A stretch of DNA of 24,000 nt from contig NC_016633.1 in NCBI RefSeq assembly GCF_000236685.1, positions 3,143,815 through 3,167,814 on the forward strand. Direction: 5' to 3'. Below the pieces are notes generated by a model. That model made no database searches, was not told the DNA's origin, and saw nothing but the letters and a program-made list of their open reading frames with translations. This document shows, in pieces, positions 15,495 through 23,653 of the stretch (position 1 is its first letter; each line of letters opens with the position of its first letter). Origin of the DNA: Sphaerochaeta pleomorpha str. Grapes. Its GTDB lineage: Bacteria; Spirochaetota; Spirochaetia; Sphaerochaetales; Sphaerochaetaceae. The position numbers and the translations under genes are program-made.

Positions 15495-16578
15495 TGTGAA
15501 GGATTCCAAGGTAATGATAGTTGACGACACTCCTGCCAACTTGGAACTATTGGAACAGATACTATCTGGCAATGGATATCAAGTCATGTCGTATACACAA
15601 GGTGCAAGGGCTTTTGCTGCAGCGGTAAAATTCTCCCCTGATTTGATTCTCTCGGACATCATGATGCCTGAGATGGATGGTTTCGAGTTGTGCAAGCAGT
15701 TGAAATCGGACCAGAACACTGCTGATATCCCATTGATCTTTCTCAGTGCCATGGATAACCCCGAGGATAAGATCAAGGGGTTTTCCGTAGGAGGTGTGGA
15801 TTATATAACCAAGCCATTCTATGCCCAGGAGGTATTGGCACGGGTCGGCACCCATCTTTCCATGAGTCACATGCGCAAGGAATTGCAGGCATACAATGAA
15901 CGCCTGGAGGACCTTGTCCAATTACAGGTCAAGGAAATCCATGACTCCCAGCTGGCTACTATCACCGTCATCTCTTCATTATCGGAGTGTCGCGATGGGA
16001 CTACCGGTAAGCATATTCAACGTACCAGCATTTTATGTAGGGAATTGGCTGTGGAACTGCAGAGAAACTCACCATATTCCGACCTCATTGACGATAAGTT
16101 CATCCTTGATTTGTCTCATGCTGCTCCGTTGCATGATATTGGTAAAATCGGTATCCCCGATAGTATCCTGATGAAACCTGGCAAACTGACTGCCGAGGAA
16201 TTTGACATCATCAAGATGCATACGCTTATCGGTGCAACAGCTTTGGAGAAGGTCCATGCTCAATATCCTGGGAATTCCTTTATCAACATGGGAGTTCAAT
16301 TAGCTCGGTCACACCATGAGAAATGGAATGGGACAGGGTATCCTGATGGTTTGGCTGGGAAGTCCATTCCCTTATGCGGGCGCATTATGGCGCTTGTAGA
16401 TGTATATGATGCCATCAGTTCAAAGCGTCCATACAAGGAAGCAAGCACGCATAAGGAAACAGTCCAGAGTATCATACGTGATTCCGGAACACACTTCGAC
16501 CCGGTCATCGTCCAGGCATTTTTGCAGATTGAAGAAGCATTTGCAAAAATTCGTGATGAGAATGGTGATGCTTCTTGA
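15484..16578 (+). CDS. Response regulator with HD-GYP output domain, paralog 3 (divergent)
   Basis: The ATG at 15484 (MNTSVKDSKVMIVDD) follows GAGAGGAGGAGA and overlaps the upstream stop by 11 nt (the tracked ORF starts at 15436). REC motifs are IVDDTPAN, LSDIMMPEMDG, FLSAM and ITKP. HD-GYP motifs are PLHDIGKIGIPD, MHTLIG, SHHEKWNGTGYP and VDVYDAI. Confidence 0.9.
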   Translation: MNTSVKDSKVMIVDDTPANLELLEQILSGNGYQVMSYTQGARAFAAAVKFSPDLILSDIMMPEMDGFELCKQLKSDQNTADIPLIFLSAMDNPEDKIKGFSVGGVDYITKPFYAQEVLARVGTHLSMSHMRKELQAYNERLEDLVQLQVKEIHDSQLATITVISSLSECRDGTTGKHIQRTSILCRELAVELQRNSPYSDLIDDKFILDLSHAAPLHDIGKIGIPDSILMKPGKLTAEEFDIIKMHTLIGATALEKVHAQYPGNSFINMGVQLARSHHEKWNGTGYPDGLAGKSIPLCGRIMALVDVYDAISSKRPYKEASTHKETVQSIIRDSGTHFDPVIVQAFLQIEEAFAKIRDENGDAS

Positions 16579-16628
16579 TTTTCTCCCAGACGTTCAGCTA
16601 CAGACTGTAATAGTATAAGAGGTAGTGC

Positions 16629-16656
16629 AGTATGCCAGGCATACTCGGCCTTTTTT
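16629..16656 (+). terminator. Probable rho-independent terminator between convergent genes
   Basis: AGTATGCC (16629-16636), then A, then GGCATACT (16638-16645), followed by CGGCC and TTTTTT (16651-16656). The 5-nt gap before the T-tract lowers confidence. Confidence 0.45.
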
Positions 16657-16685
16657 CCCATACAGGGAAGAGAGTGCTGATTAAC

Positions 16686-17777
16686 TCATCTCCTCTCTTC
16701 CCTGCGATACAAATATTGCAGCCTCCCCATTTCTTTATCTTTCTTCTTTCTTCTGCTTGCAACGGCTTCCCAGTTTTCTGCTTCATCCCGCAATTGCAGA
16801 TAATTGAGGAAGCGGTCTTGCTCCAGTTCTCCTGTAAGCAGGGCCTTCTTCACCGCACACCCAATCTCTGCTGTGTGGGTGCAGTCTGAGAATCGACAAA
16901 AATGAGCGAGTGCTGCAATATCGGGAAAAGACTCGCAGACTTGCTGGGAACCATTGTTCATCCCGATAGCACGTAGTCCGGGGGTATCGATAACGATTGT
17001 CCCATTGGGAAGAATATACAATTGCCTGTTGGTGGTCGTATGCCTTCCTCTTCCATCTTGACTTCTCACTTCCCCTGTTTTCGCTACCATCGCATTGCTC
17101 AGGCAGTTGAGAAGCGTGGACTTGCCTGCGCCGCTCATACCAAGAAGCATACATGTTTCATGCGGTTTTAAGTTGGTAAGCAAGGAGTCGATTCCTTTGC
17201 CTGAAAGCGAATCTACCAAAAAGACTTGAAGGTCAGGGAACCGGGAGACAATCTGCATCCGATAGCTCTCGACATCCTCAAGAAGATCGATCTTTGTTAG
17301 AATCAAGAGTGGTGGTATCTCATCTGCATGTAAAAGGGATACGAACCGTTCGATCCTGCGAAGATTGAAGTCATTTCGTGCATCCATGACGATTGCACAG
17401 GCATCGACATTGGCTACAACGGCCTGAGCTTCACCTGCTATCCCATACGGATCCTGCACTACAGGTTTATGGAAGACTTGCTTACGGGGAAGAACAGCTT
17501 CTATAAGCCCCCGCCCAGGTGCATAGCGCTGCACTGCACACCAATCTCCCACAACCGGGTTGGGTTGTATGAGGAGATCCTGCATATTCTGGAAGGTCCC
17601 TGAACGTTCCAGTAGTAATTGATGTTCCCCGTCGGTTCCCCAAAACAGTCCTCTTCCTTCCCGGTATATTCGAACCGGAATATAGAGAAGCCCTTGATAG
17701 GGAGCGAACTCGAGGGTTCGTGATTCTGTCCATCCATACGTATCTAATGAGGTATAAGAAAATTGTGTAGTATTCAT
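16686..17777 (-). CDS. rsgA: Ribosome small-subunit-dependent GTPase A (circularly permuted GTPase)
   Basis: Permuted motif order: LTKIDL (G4), then GMSGAGKSTLLN (G1), then DTPG (G3). The C-terminal zinc-finger motif is CRFSDCTHTAEIGCAV. Confidence 0.85.
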   Translation of the reverse strand: MNTTQFSYTSLDTYGWTESRTLEFAPYQGLLYIPVRIYREGRGLFWGTDGEHQLLLERSGTFQNMQDLLIQPNPVVGDWCAVQRYAPGRGLIEAVLPRKQVFHKPVVQDPYGIAGEAQAVVANVDACAIVMDARNDFNLRRIERFVSLLHADEIPPLLILTKIDLLEDVESYRMQIVSRFPDLQVFLVDSLSGKGIDSLLTNLKPHETCMLLGMSGAGKSTLLNCLSNAMVAKTGEVRSQDGRGRHTTTNRQLYILPNGTIVIDTPGLRAIGMNNGSQQVCESFPDIAALAHFCRFSDCTHTAEIGCAVKKALLTGELEQDRFLNYLQLRDEAENWEAVASRRKKKDKEMGRLQYLYRREERR

Positions 17778-18106
17778 AAGTATCCGTCCGGTTAGGATAT
17801 AAAAACAGCCTACCGCTGTTTGGCAGGAAAACCCCGGAACGGGTGTTGAGAACAGATTTCAGAAAAGTCTTTCCTGGAACATATGCACAACACCGGTCAA
17901 CGGGGTTGCATAACCGAATCCAGATTCATTGTAAACATCCAAACTCCATCTACTAAAGATGCTTGCATCATACGCCGTGACTTTGTAGAGGTCAAGCTCT
18001 GTAGTGAGATGGCTAATCGTGCCTCGCTGATGAAAAGATAAAGATAGAACCAAGACTTTTACAAAACGCGTGACACCAGTGGGTTGACACCAGTAATCAA
18101 CCTAAT

Positions 18107-18133
18107 TAATATCCTTATTTAATAAGGTTATTA
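18107..18133. promoter_or_regulatory. Candidate TetR operator: AT-rich palindrome directly upstream of the TetR start
   Basis: CCTTATT-T-AATAAGG (18113-18127) is a perfect 7-bp inverted repeat. It sits inside an imperfect 27-bp palindrome, TAATATCCTTATTTAATAAGGTTATTA, that ends 4 nt before the ATG at 18137. Confidence 0.4.
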
Positions 18134-18136
18134 AAT

Positions 18137-18751
18137 ATGACAGACACACCAATGGAGCAAGCAATCATGGAAGCTGCAGAGCATCTCTTCCTTGAACGAG
18201 GTTTTGCACTCACCTCGACAACAGACATAGCCAAGGAAGTCGGGTGTAATCAATCGCTTATCAATTACTACTTTCGCAGCAAAGAGAAGCTTTTTAAGTC
18301 GATTTTTGAGAGAAAGGCGTTGCTTTTTTTCTCCTCGCTGAAAAAACCCTTCGAAACTGGCATCCCGTTTCTGGAAAAGATCAGAATTCTTTCAGAGAAT
18401 CATTTTGAAATATTAGCCAAAAACTCCAGACTTTCTTTTTTCATACTCAGCGAAGTCACCACCAGTTCCCAACGGCTGGAAGATTTTGCGGATATCGTGA
18501 ATGAGAACCTGGGAAGGATTTTTCCTTTGCTTGAAAAAGAATTAGCACAGGAAATCAAGAAAGGACGAATCAAAGAGACAACCCTGTTCGATATCCTGAT
18601 GACGATGGTATCTCTCAATATTGGTGTATTCCTGTTACAACCAGTAATCACAAAGATACTACCGCACAGTGATGTTTCTGCTCAGATTTTGGATAGGGGA
18701 AAAGAAAATGCCAACATTCTCCTTATGAGCTTGATTCCCTCAGGGCAATAG
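18137..18751 (+). CDS. TetR/AcrR-family transcriptional regulator
   Basis: N-terminal HTH AAEHLFLERGFALTSTTDIAKEVGCNQSLINYYFRSKEKLF. About 200 aa with an all-helical C-terminal domain. Confidence 0.85.
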   Translation: MTDTPMEQAIMEAAEHLFLERGFALTSTTDIAKEVGCNQSLINYYFRSKEKLFKSIFERKALLFFSSLKKPFETGIPFLEKIRILSENHFEILAKNSRLSFFILSEVTTSSQRLEDFADIVNENLGRIFPLLEKELAQEIKKGRIKETTLFDILMTMVSLNIGVFLLQPVITKILPHSDVSAQILDRGKENANILLMSLIPSGQ

Positions 18752-18875
18752 TAAGATTTCTACACTGTGCCAAACCGTTTGACCTTGCAGAAATAACGAA
18801 AGCACAGCATGCAGTTCAATTGCCTTTGGCTCTGGGTGAGCTAAACCTTATTGAAGGAAACGGAGAATCCCTGGA

Positions 18876-19772
18876 ATGAAAAAAATCACTATCATACTTT
18901 TTATACTGGCAACTGTAGTCTCTTGTACCCCCAATGGAGAAATCAAAATCGCAGAGGGTAGTTTCGAATCAACAGAGGTTATAGTCAGTGCCGAGGGCAA
19001 TGGACGTATTCTTTCTTTCAATGCGGAAGAAGGAGCCAACGTCATAAAAGGCCAGATTCTCGGGAAAATAGACGACCGGCAACTGGTTCTCAAGCGTGGG
19101 CAACTGCTCTCTATGCGTGAAAAAGTCGAAACCCAACGACCGGATATTGGCATACAGGTTGCAGCCATGGAAGAACAACTAGCCGTTGCCAAAGCCGAAA
19201 ATACAAGAATTGCCAATTTGGTTGCAGCAAAGGCAGTAAGCGAAAAACAGCTTGACGATAGCAAAGCCCAGGTGACTATCCTTGAATTGCAGCTTGATGC
19301 ACTGAAATCGACACTGAAACAGAACGTTGAAGGCCTTGCAAAGGAAAGCGAATCCCTTTCCTTTCAGATTGCCCAACTTGATGATCAAATCAGCAAATGC
19401 GTAATAACCAGCCCTATAGACGGGACCCTCATGACATCCTACGCACAAGAGGGAGAGTTGGCCAGCGTAGGGAAATCCTTGTTTGCGGTTGCAGACCTAG
19501 ATTGTGTATACCTGAGAGCCTATATAACCGCTGCAGAGCTGACTACGTGTAAACTCAACGATACGGTCAAGGTTAGGGTCAATTATGGTGAAGGGGGAAA
19601 ACGATATTATGAAGGGAAGCTATCATGGATTTCTGAAAAAGCAGAATTTACCCCCAAGACAGTGCAGACTAAAGATGAACGTGCAACCTTGGTCTATGCA
19701 GTGAAAGTATCGCTTGTCAATGATGGATACCTGAAGCTAGGTATGTATGGTGCGATAGTCGAGGGGAAATGA
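18876..19772 (+). CDS. HlyD-family membrane-fusion / periplasmic adaptor lipoprotein
   Basis: Lipobox MKKITIILFILATVVS|C. Lipoyl-like GQILGKID, coiled-coil stretches (AAMEEQLAVAKAE..., LELQLDALKSTLKQN), and ITSPIDGT in a beta-barrel-type segment. Confidence 0.8.
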   Translation: MKKITIILFILATVVSCTPNGEIKIAEGSFESTEVIVSAEGNGRILSFNAEEGANVIKGQILGKIDDRQLVLKRGQLLSMREKVETQRPDIGIQVAAMEEQLAVAKAENTRIANLVAAKAVSEKQLDDSKAQVTILELQLDALKSTLKQNVEGLAKESESLSFQIAQLDDQISKCVITSPIDGTLMTSYAQEGELASVGKSLFAVADLDCVYLRAYITAAELTTCKLNDTVKVRVNYGEGGKRYYEGKLSWISEKAEFTPKTVQTKDERATLVYAVKVSLVNDGYLKLGMYGAIVEGK

Positions 19773-20701
19773 ATATGGCACAACAAGCTGTCACAGCGCA
19801 GGGGATCGAAAAGCATTATGGCAAGACCCATGCGCTCAGAGGTATAGATATCGAAGTCGAGAGGGGAGAGATCTTCGGCCTGATCGGAGCGGATGGAAGT
19901 GGGAAGACCTCTCTGTTTCGAATTCTGACAACATTGCTACTTCCTGATGGGGGAAATGCCACCGTCGATGGTTTCGATGTCGTTACTGATTTTTGGCGCA
20001 TCAGGAAGCTTATCGGCTATATGCCTGGTCGATTCTCATTGTATCAGGATTTGACTGTACAGGAGAATCTCAATTTCTTTGCTACCGTATTCAACACCTC
20101 GATCCAGGAGAATTATGAGCTGATCAAGGATATCTGGATACAACTCGAACCATTTTGTACCCGGAGGGCGGGAGCTTTGTCCGGTGGCATGAAACAGAAA
20201 TTAGCTCTCTGCTGTGCCTTGATCCATCGTCCCTCGGTCCTTTTCCTTGATGAACCGACTACTGGGGTTGACCCTGTTTCCCGTAAAGAATTCTGGAATA
20301 TGCTAGGCCGGCTCAAGCAGGAGGGGATTTCTATTTTGGTTTCAACGCCGTATATGGATGAAGCTGCAATGTGCAACCGCCTTGCCTTGATTTCAGACGG
20401 TAGTATTCTGGAGACAGGGACGCCCTATCAGATATCCAGTGGTTTTCCCCATGATCTCTTCTCTATCAAAGCAGAGAAACTCAACAGCTTGATCCCTATC
20501 TTGCAATCACATCCATCAGAGCGTACCTGTTTCTCTTTTGGAAGTTCCATTCATTTCAGCACTACCTCTGGTGCAGTGCACTGCGAGGAGATTGCCACTT
20601 GGCTTGGAAATCATGGGCAAACAGATGTTTTTGTGGAACGGATCAATCCTTCGATTGAGGATCGGTTCCTTGCGCTTTCAGCTACAGGAGACAATCAATG
20701 A
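19769..20701 (+). CDS. ABC transporter ATP-binding protein (NBD 1, with ~90-aa C-terminal extension)
   Basis: Walker A GADGSGKTS, signature LSGGMKQKL, Walker B LFLDEPTTGVD. The ATG at 19769 overlaps the HlyD stop (ATGA). A second ATG at 19775 has better spacing from GAGGGG and may be the true start. Confidence 0.85.
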   Translation: MNMAQQAVTAQGIEKHYGKTHALRGIDIEVERGEIFGLIGADGSGKTSLFRILTTLLLPDGGNATVDGFDVVTDFWRIRKLIGYMPGRFSLYQDLTVQENLNFFATVFNTSIQENYELIKDIWIQLEPFCTRRAGALSGGMKQKLALCCALIHRPSVLFLDEPTTGVDPVSRKEFWNMLGRLKQEGISILVSTPYMDEAAMCNRLALISDGSILETGTPYQISSGFPHDLFSIKAEKLNSLIPILQSHPSERTCFSFGSSIHFSTTSGAVHCEEIATWLGNHGQTDVFVERINPSIEDRFLALSATGDNQ

Positions 20702-21435
20702 GCGCAATCATCGCGACAGACCTGACAAAAAAGTTTGGATCCTTTGTAGCTGTCAATCAAATCTCATTCGATGTAGGTGAGGGTGAAATATTTGGTTTTC
20801 TGGGTGCAAACGGGGCGGGTAAGACAACTGCTATGAGAATGCTCATTGGTTTGCTCGTCCCTACCAGTGGGACCGGAATGGTAGCAGGATATGATATCAA
20901 AAAGGAAAGTGAAAAGGTAAAAGCCAATATTGGGTATATGAGCCAGCGGTTTGCTTTATATGGGGATCTGACTGTTGCAGAAAATATCCGGTTGTTCGGG
21001 GGTATCTATGGAATGGACAAAAAGCTGATCAGAGAAAAGAGCAATCGCCTTTTGCAGGACTTGGATTTGACAGCTGAAAAAGATAGTTTGGTCTCACGGC
21101 TGCCCCTGGGCTGGAAGCAAAAACTTGCGTTCTCGATCTCGATTTTCCATAACCCCAAAATTGTGTTTCTTGATGAACCGACTGGGGGGGTCGACCCTGC
21201 CACCCGGCGCCGCTTCTGGGAAATGATTTATGCTGCTGCTGAAAAAGGCATTACTGTCTTTGTCACTACCCACTATATGGACGAGGCTGAATACTGCAAT
21301 CGGGTTTCCATCATGGTGGATGGGGGCATAGAGGCACTCGATACTCCTCAACGATTGAAATCCCAATGCAAGGTCTCATCTATGGATGCAGTTTTCCAGA
21401 TGATTGCACGGAAGGCAAAAAGGATGGCAGACTAA
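20698..21435 (+). CDS. ABC transporter ATP-binding protein (NBD 2, non-canonical signature motif)
   Basis: Walker A GANGAGKTT and Walker B VFLDEPTGGVD. The signature position reads LPLGWKQKL instead of LSGG. ATGA overlap with NBD 1, with GGAG 7 nt upstream. Confidence 0.85.
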   Translation: MSAIIATDLTKKFGSFVAVNQISFDVGEGEIFGFLGANGAGKTTAMRMLIGLLVPTSGTGMVAGYDIKKESEKVKANIGYMSQRFALYGDLTVAENIRLFGGIYGMDKKLIREKSNRLLQDLDLTAEKDSLVSRLPLGWKQKLAFSISIFHNPKIVFLDEPTGGVDPATRRRFWEMIYAAAEKGITVFVTTHYMDEAEYCNRVSIMVDGGIEALDTPQRLKSQCKVSSMDAVFQMIARKAKRMAD

Positions 21436-22541
21436 TGGCTACTCTCTTCGCCTTTGTAAAAAAAGAGTTTTACCATATTTTTCGGGATCGATGGAGTTTG
21501 ATTATCCTGCTTCTCATGCCTGTCATGATGCTTATTCTCATCGGGTTTGCGATGACTACAGAAGTCAAAGGGACCACGTTCAGGGTTTTGGACCCTTCTT
21601 TTGATGAATCAACCAGGGAGATTGTCGAAACACTTACACAAAGCGGCTATTTTACTTTTGGGGGATACCTGGCTGACGAGGCTGAAATCGATCAGGTGTT
21701 TCGACAAGGCAAGGCGGGACTTGTCTTGGTTTTCTCCTCCCGGTTTGAATCAGAGAGAATCCATACGAAAAATGGCACCATTGCGATACTCACTGATGGT
21801 AGCGATCCCAATACTGCAAAAACCCTGACAAATTATGCCAGCGCAATAATCAGGGGCTGGGCTCAGAAGCAAAACACTGTTACAAAAGCTTCCTGGACTA
21901 TCGGGGTGGAAACGAGATTTCTCTACAATCCGGCAATGAAAGGGTCCTATAATTTTGTACCCGGTGTTCTTGGCATGATTCTCCTCTTGATCTGTGCCAT
22001 GATGACATCAATCTCGATTGCACGTGAAAAAGAATCCGGTACGATGGAAGTATTGCTCGCTTCCCCGATGAAACCAGGAACTATCATCTTGGCGAAGACT
22101 GTTCCGTATTTTACAATTTCTTGTGTAAACCTGGTAACCAGTCTTCTCCTGTCCGTCTTTGTTCTCGCTGTTCCTATACAGGGTAGTATCGTTGTGCTTA
22201 TTGCCGTTTCCCTATTATACATTTTGCTCTCTTTGCTGATCGGGGTCATGATTTCTACGATTGCCAATTCACAGCTCGTTGCCCTGTTGATATCCGGTAT
22301 GGGTTTGATGATGCCGGTTATTCTCCTTTCTGGCATGATGTTTCCCATCGAATCGATGCCGCTTCCACTCCAATTCCTTTCCGCTCTTATTCCAACCCGT
22401 TGGTACATATCTGCCATGAGGAAAATCATGATCAAGGGGCTTGGTTTTGGTTCGGTTTTAACTGAGGTTGGAGTCTTGTCCTTGATGGCTGTGATCGTAT
22501 GCATCATCAGCCTCAAGAAATTTAAACCCAGATTGGAGTAA
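21435..22541 (+). CDS. ABC-2 type transporter permease
   Basis: The ATG at 21435 (MATLFAFVKKEFYHIFRDRWS) overlaps the upstream stop (TAATG); the tracked ORF starts at 21366. One N-terminal TM, a large extracytoplasmic loop, then five C-terminal TMs. This is typical ABC-2 (YbhS/YbhR-like) layout. Confidence 0.8.
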   Translation: MATLFAFVKKEFYHIFRDRWSLIILLLMPVMMLILIGFAMTTEVKGTTFRVLDPSFDESTREIVETLTQSGYFTFGGYLADEAEIDQVFRQGKAGLVLVFSSRFESERIHTKNGTIAILTDGSDPNTAKTLTNYASAIIRGWAQKQNTVTKASWTIGVETRFLYNPAMKGSYNFVPGVLGMILLLICAMMTSISIAREKESGTMEVLLASPMKPGTIILAKTVPYFTISCVNLVTSLLLSVFVLAVPIQGSIVVLIAVSLLYILLSLLIGVMISTIANSQLVALLISGMGLMMPVILLSGMMFPIESMPLPLQFLSALIPTRWYISAMRKIMIKGLGFGSVLTEVGVLSLMAVIVCIISLKKFKPRLE

Positions 22542-22543
22542 GT

Positions 22544-23653
22544 ATGCTGAAATATCTCATACAGAAAGAATTCATCCAGATCAGACGCAATCTCTTCCTT
22601 CCCAGAATGATACTGATATATCCTATCATGCTCATTCTGGTTCTGCCTTTTGCCGCCAATTATGAAATAAAGAATATCAATATTGCCGTTGTCGACCATG
22701 ATGACAGCATGCTATCGACAAGATTGCGTGCCAAGATCTCCTCGTCCCATTATTTCAGGATCTCAGGTTATTGCTACAATGATCTGGATGCTCTGCGAAT
22801 GGTCGAATTAGGGACTGCCGATATAGTCTTGGAAATTTCCCCTGGCTTTGGAAATGAACTTGTCAGGGGAAATCAGGGTGCAGTATTGATTTCCTCTGAC
22901 ACGGTCAATGGCACAAAAGGGAATCTTGGCAGTGCTTATCTTTCCTTGGTCATGCAAGATTTCAGTACGGAGCTCCGAAATGAAGCAGTACCCGCACTAA
23001 AAAACTCTCCGCAGTCGGTTACCCTTGAGCCTCATTATCTTTACAATCCCTACCTTTCGTACCCGGATTTTATGATACCTGCCCTGATGGTCATGGGGTT
23101 GCTTTTGATCACCGGTTTTCTTCCTGCACTCAATATTGTTGGGGAAAAAGAAGCAGGAACAATCGAAAGCATGCATGTTACTCCGGTTCGTAAGAGGACG
23201 TTCATTCTTTCCAAATTGATCCCGTATTGGATCATTGGGTTTTTCGTTTTTACGTTTATGTTGTTACTTGCCCTTGTATTCTGGAAGTTGTTTCCCACCG
23301 GAAGCATTTTGCTTTTGTATCTTTCTGCCTGTTTGTTTGTGCTCACTGTTTCAGGATTTGGACTGGTCATCTCCAACTATGCCAGATCTTACCAGCAGGC
23401 TATGTTCATGATGTTCTTTTTTATCATGATTTTTAATTTCTTGAGTGGACTGTTTACTCCAGTATCCAGCATGCCTCAATGGGCCCAGGTATTCAGTCAT
23501 CTAAGTCCCTTGCGGTACATGATTGAAATCCTTCGTGGGGTATATCTGCGGGTGTGCGGGATTCAGGACCTCCATAAGCAGTTGATTTCCTTAGCAATAC
23601 TCATGGTTGGATTCAATAGTTGGGCAATTATCAGCTATCGGAAGAAAAGCTGA
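22544..23653 (+). CDS. ABC-2 type transporter permease (second subunit)
   Basis: MLKYLIQKEFIQIRRNLFLPRM... has the same topology as the preceding gene. GGAG lies 6 nt upstream, and the gene begins 2 nt after the previous stop. Confidence 0.8.
   Translation: MLKYLIQKEFIQIRRNLFLPRMILIYPIMLILVLPFAANYEIKNINIAVVDHDDSMLSTRLRAKISSSHYFRISGYCYNDLDALRMVELGTADIVLEISPGFGNELVRGNQGAVLISSDTVNGTKGNLGSAYLSLVMQDFSTELRNEAVPALKNSPQSVTLEPHYLYNPYLSYPDFMIPALMVMGLLLITGFLPALNIVGEKEAGTIESMHVTPVRKRTFILSKLIPYWIIGFFVFTFMLLLALVFWKLFPTGSILLLYLSACLFVLTVSGFGLVISNYARSYQQAMFMMFFFIMIFNFLSGLFTPVSSMPQWAQVFSHLSPLRYMIEILRGVYLRVCGIQDLHKQLISLAILMVGFNSWAIISYRKKS

Noticed and set aside
17859-18053. 64-aa minus-strand ORF in the rsgA/TetR divergent intergenic region
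   Set aside because: It starts at a TTG with no visible RBS and has no recognisable motif. It cannot be supported from sequence alone, though a small protein cannot be excluded.
21947-22699. 250-aa minus-strand ORF spanning the junction of the two ABC-2 permease genes
   Set aside because: It is antisense to two strongly supported membrane-protein genes. An open antisense frame is expected for codon-biased hydrophobic genes.
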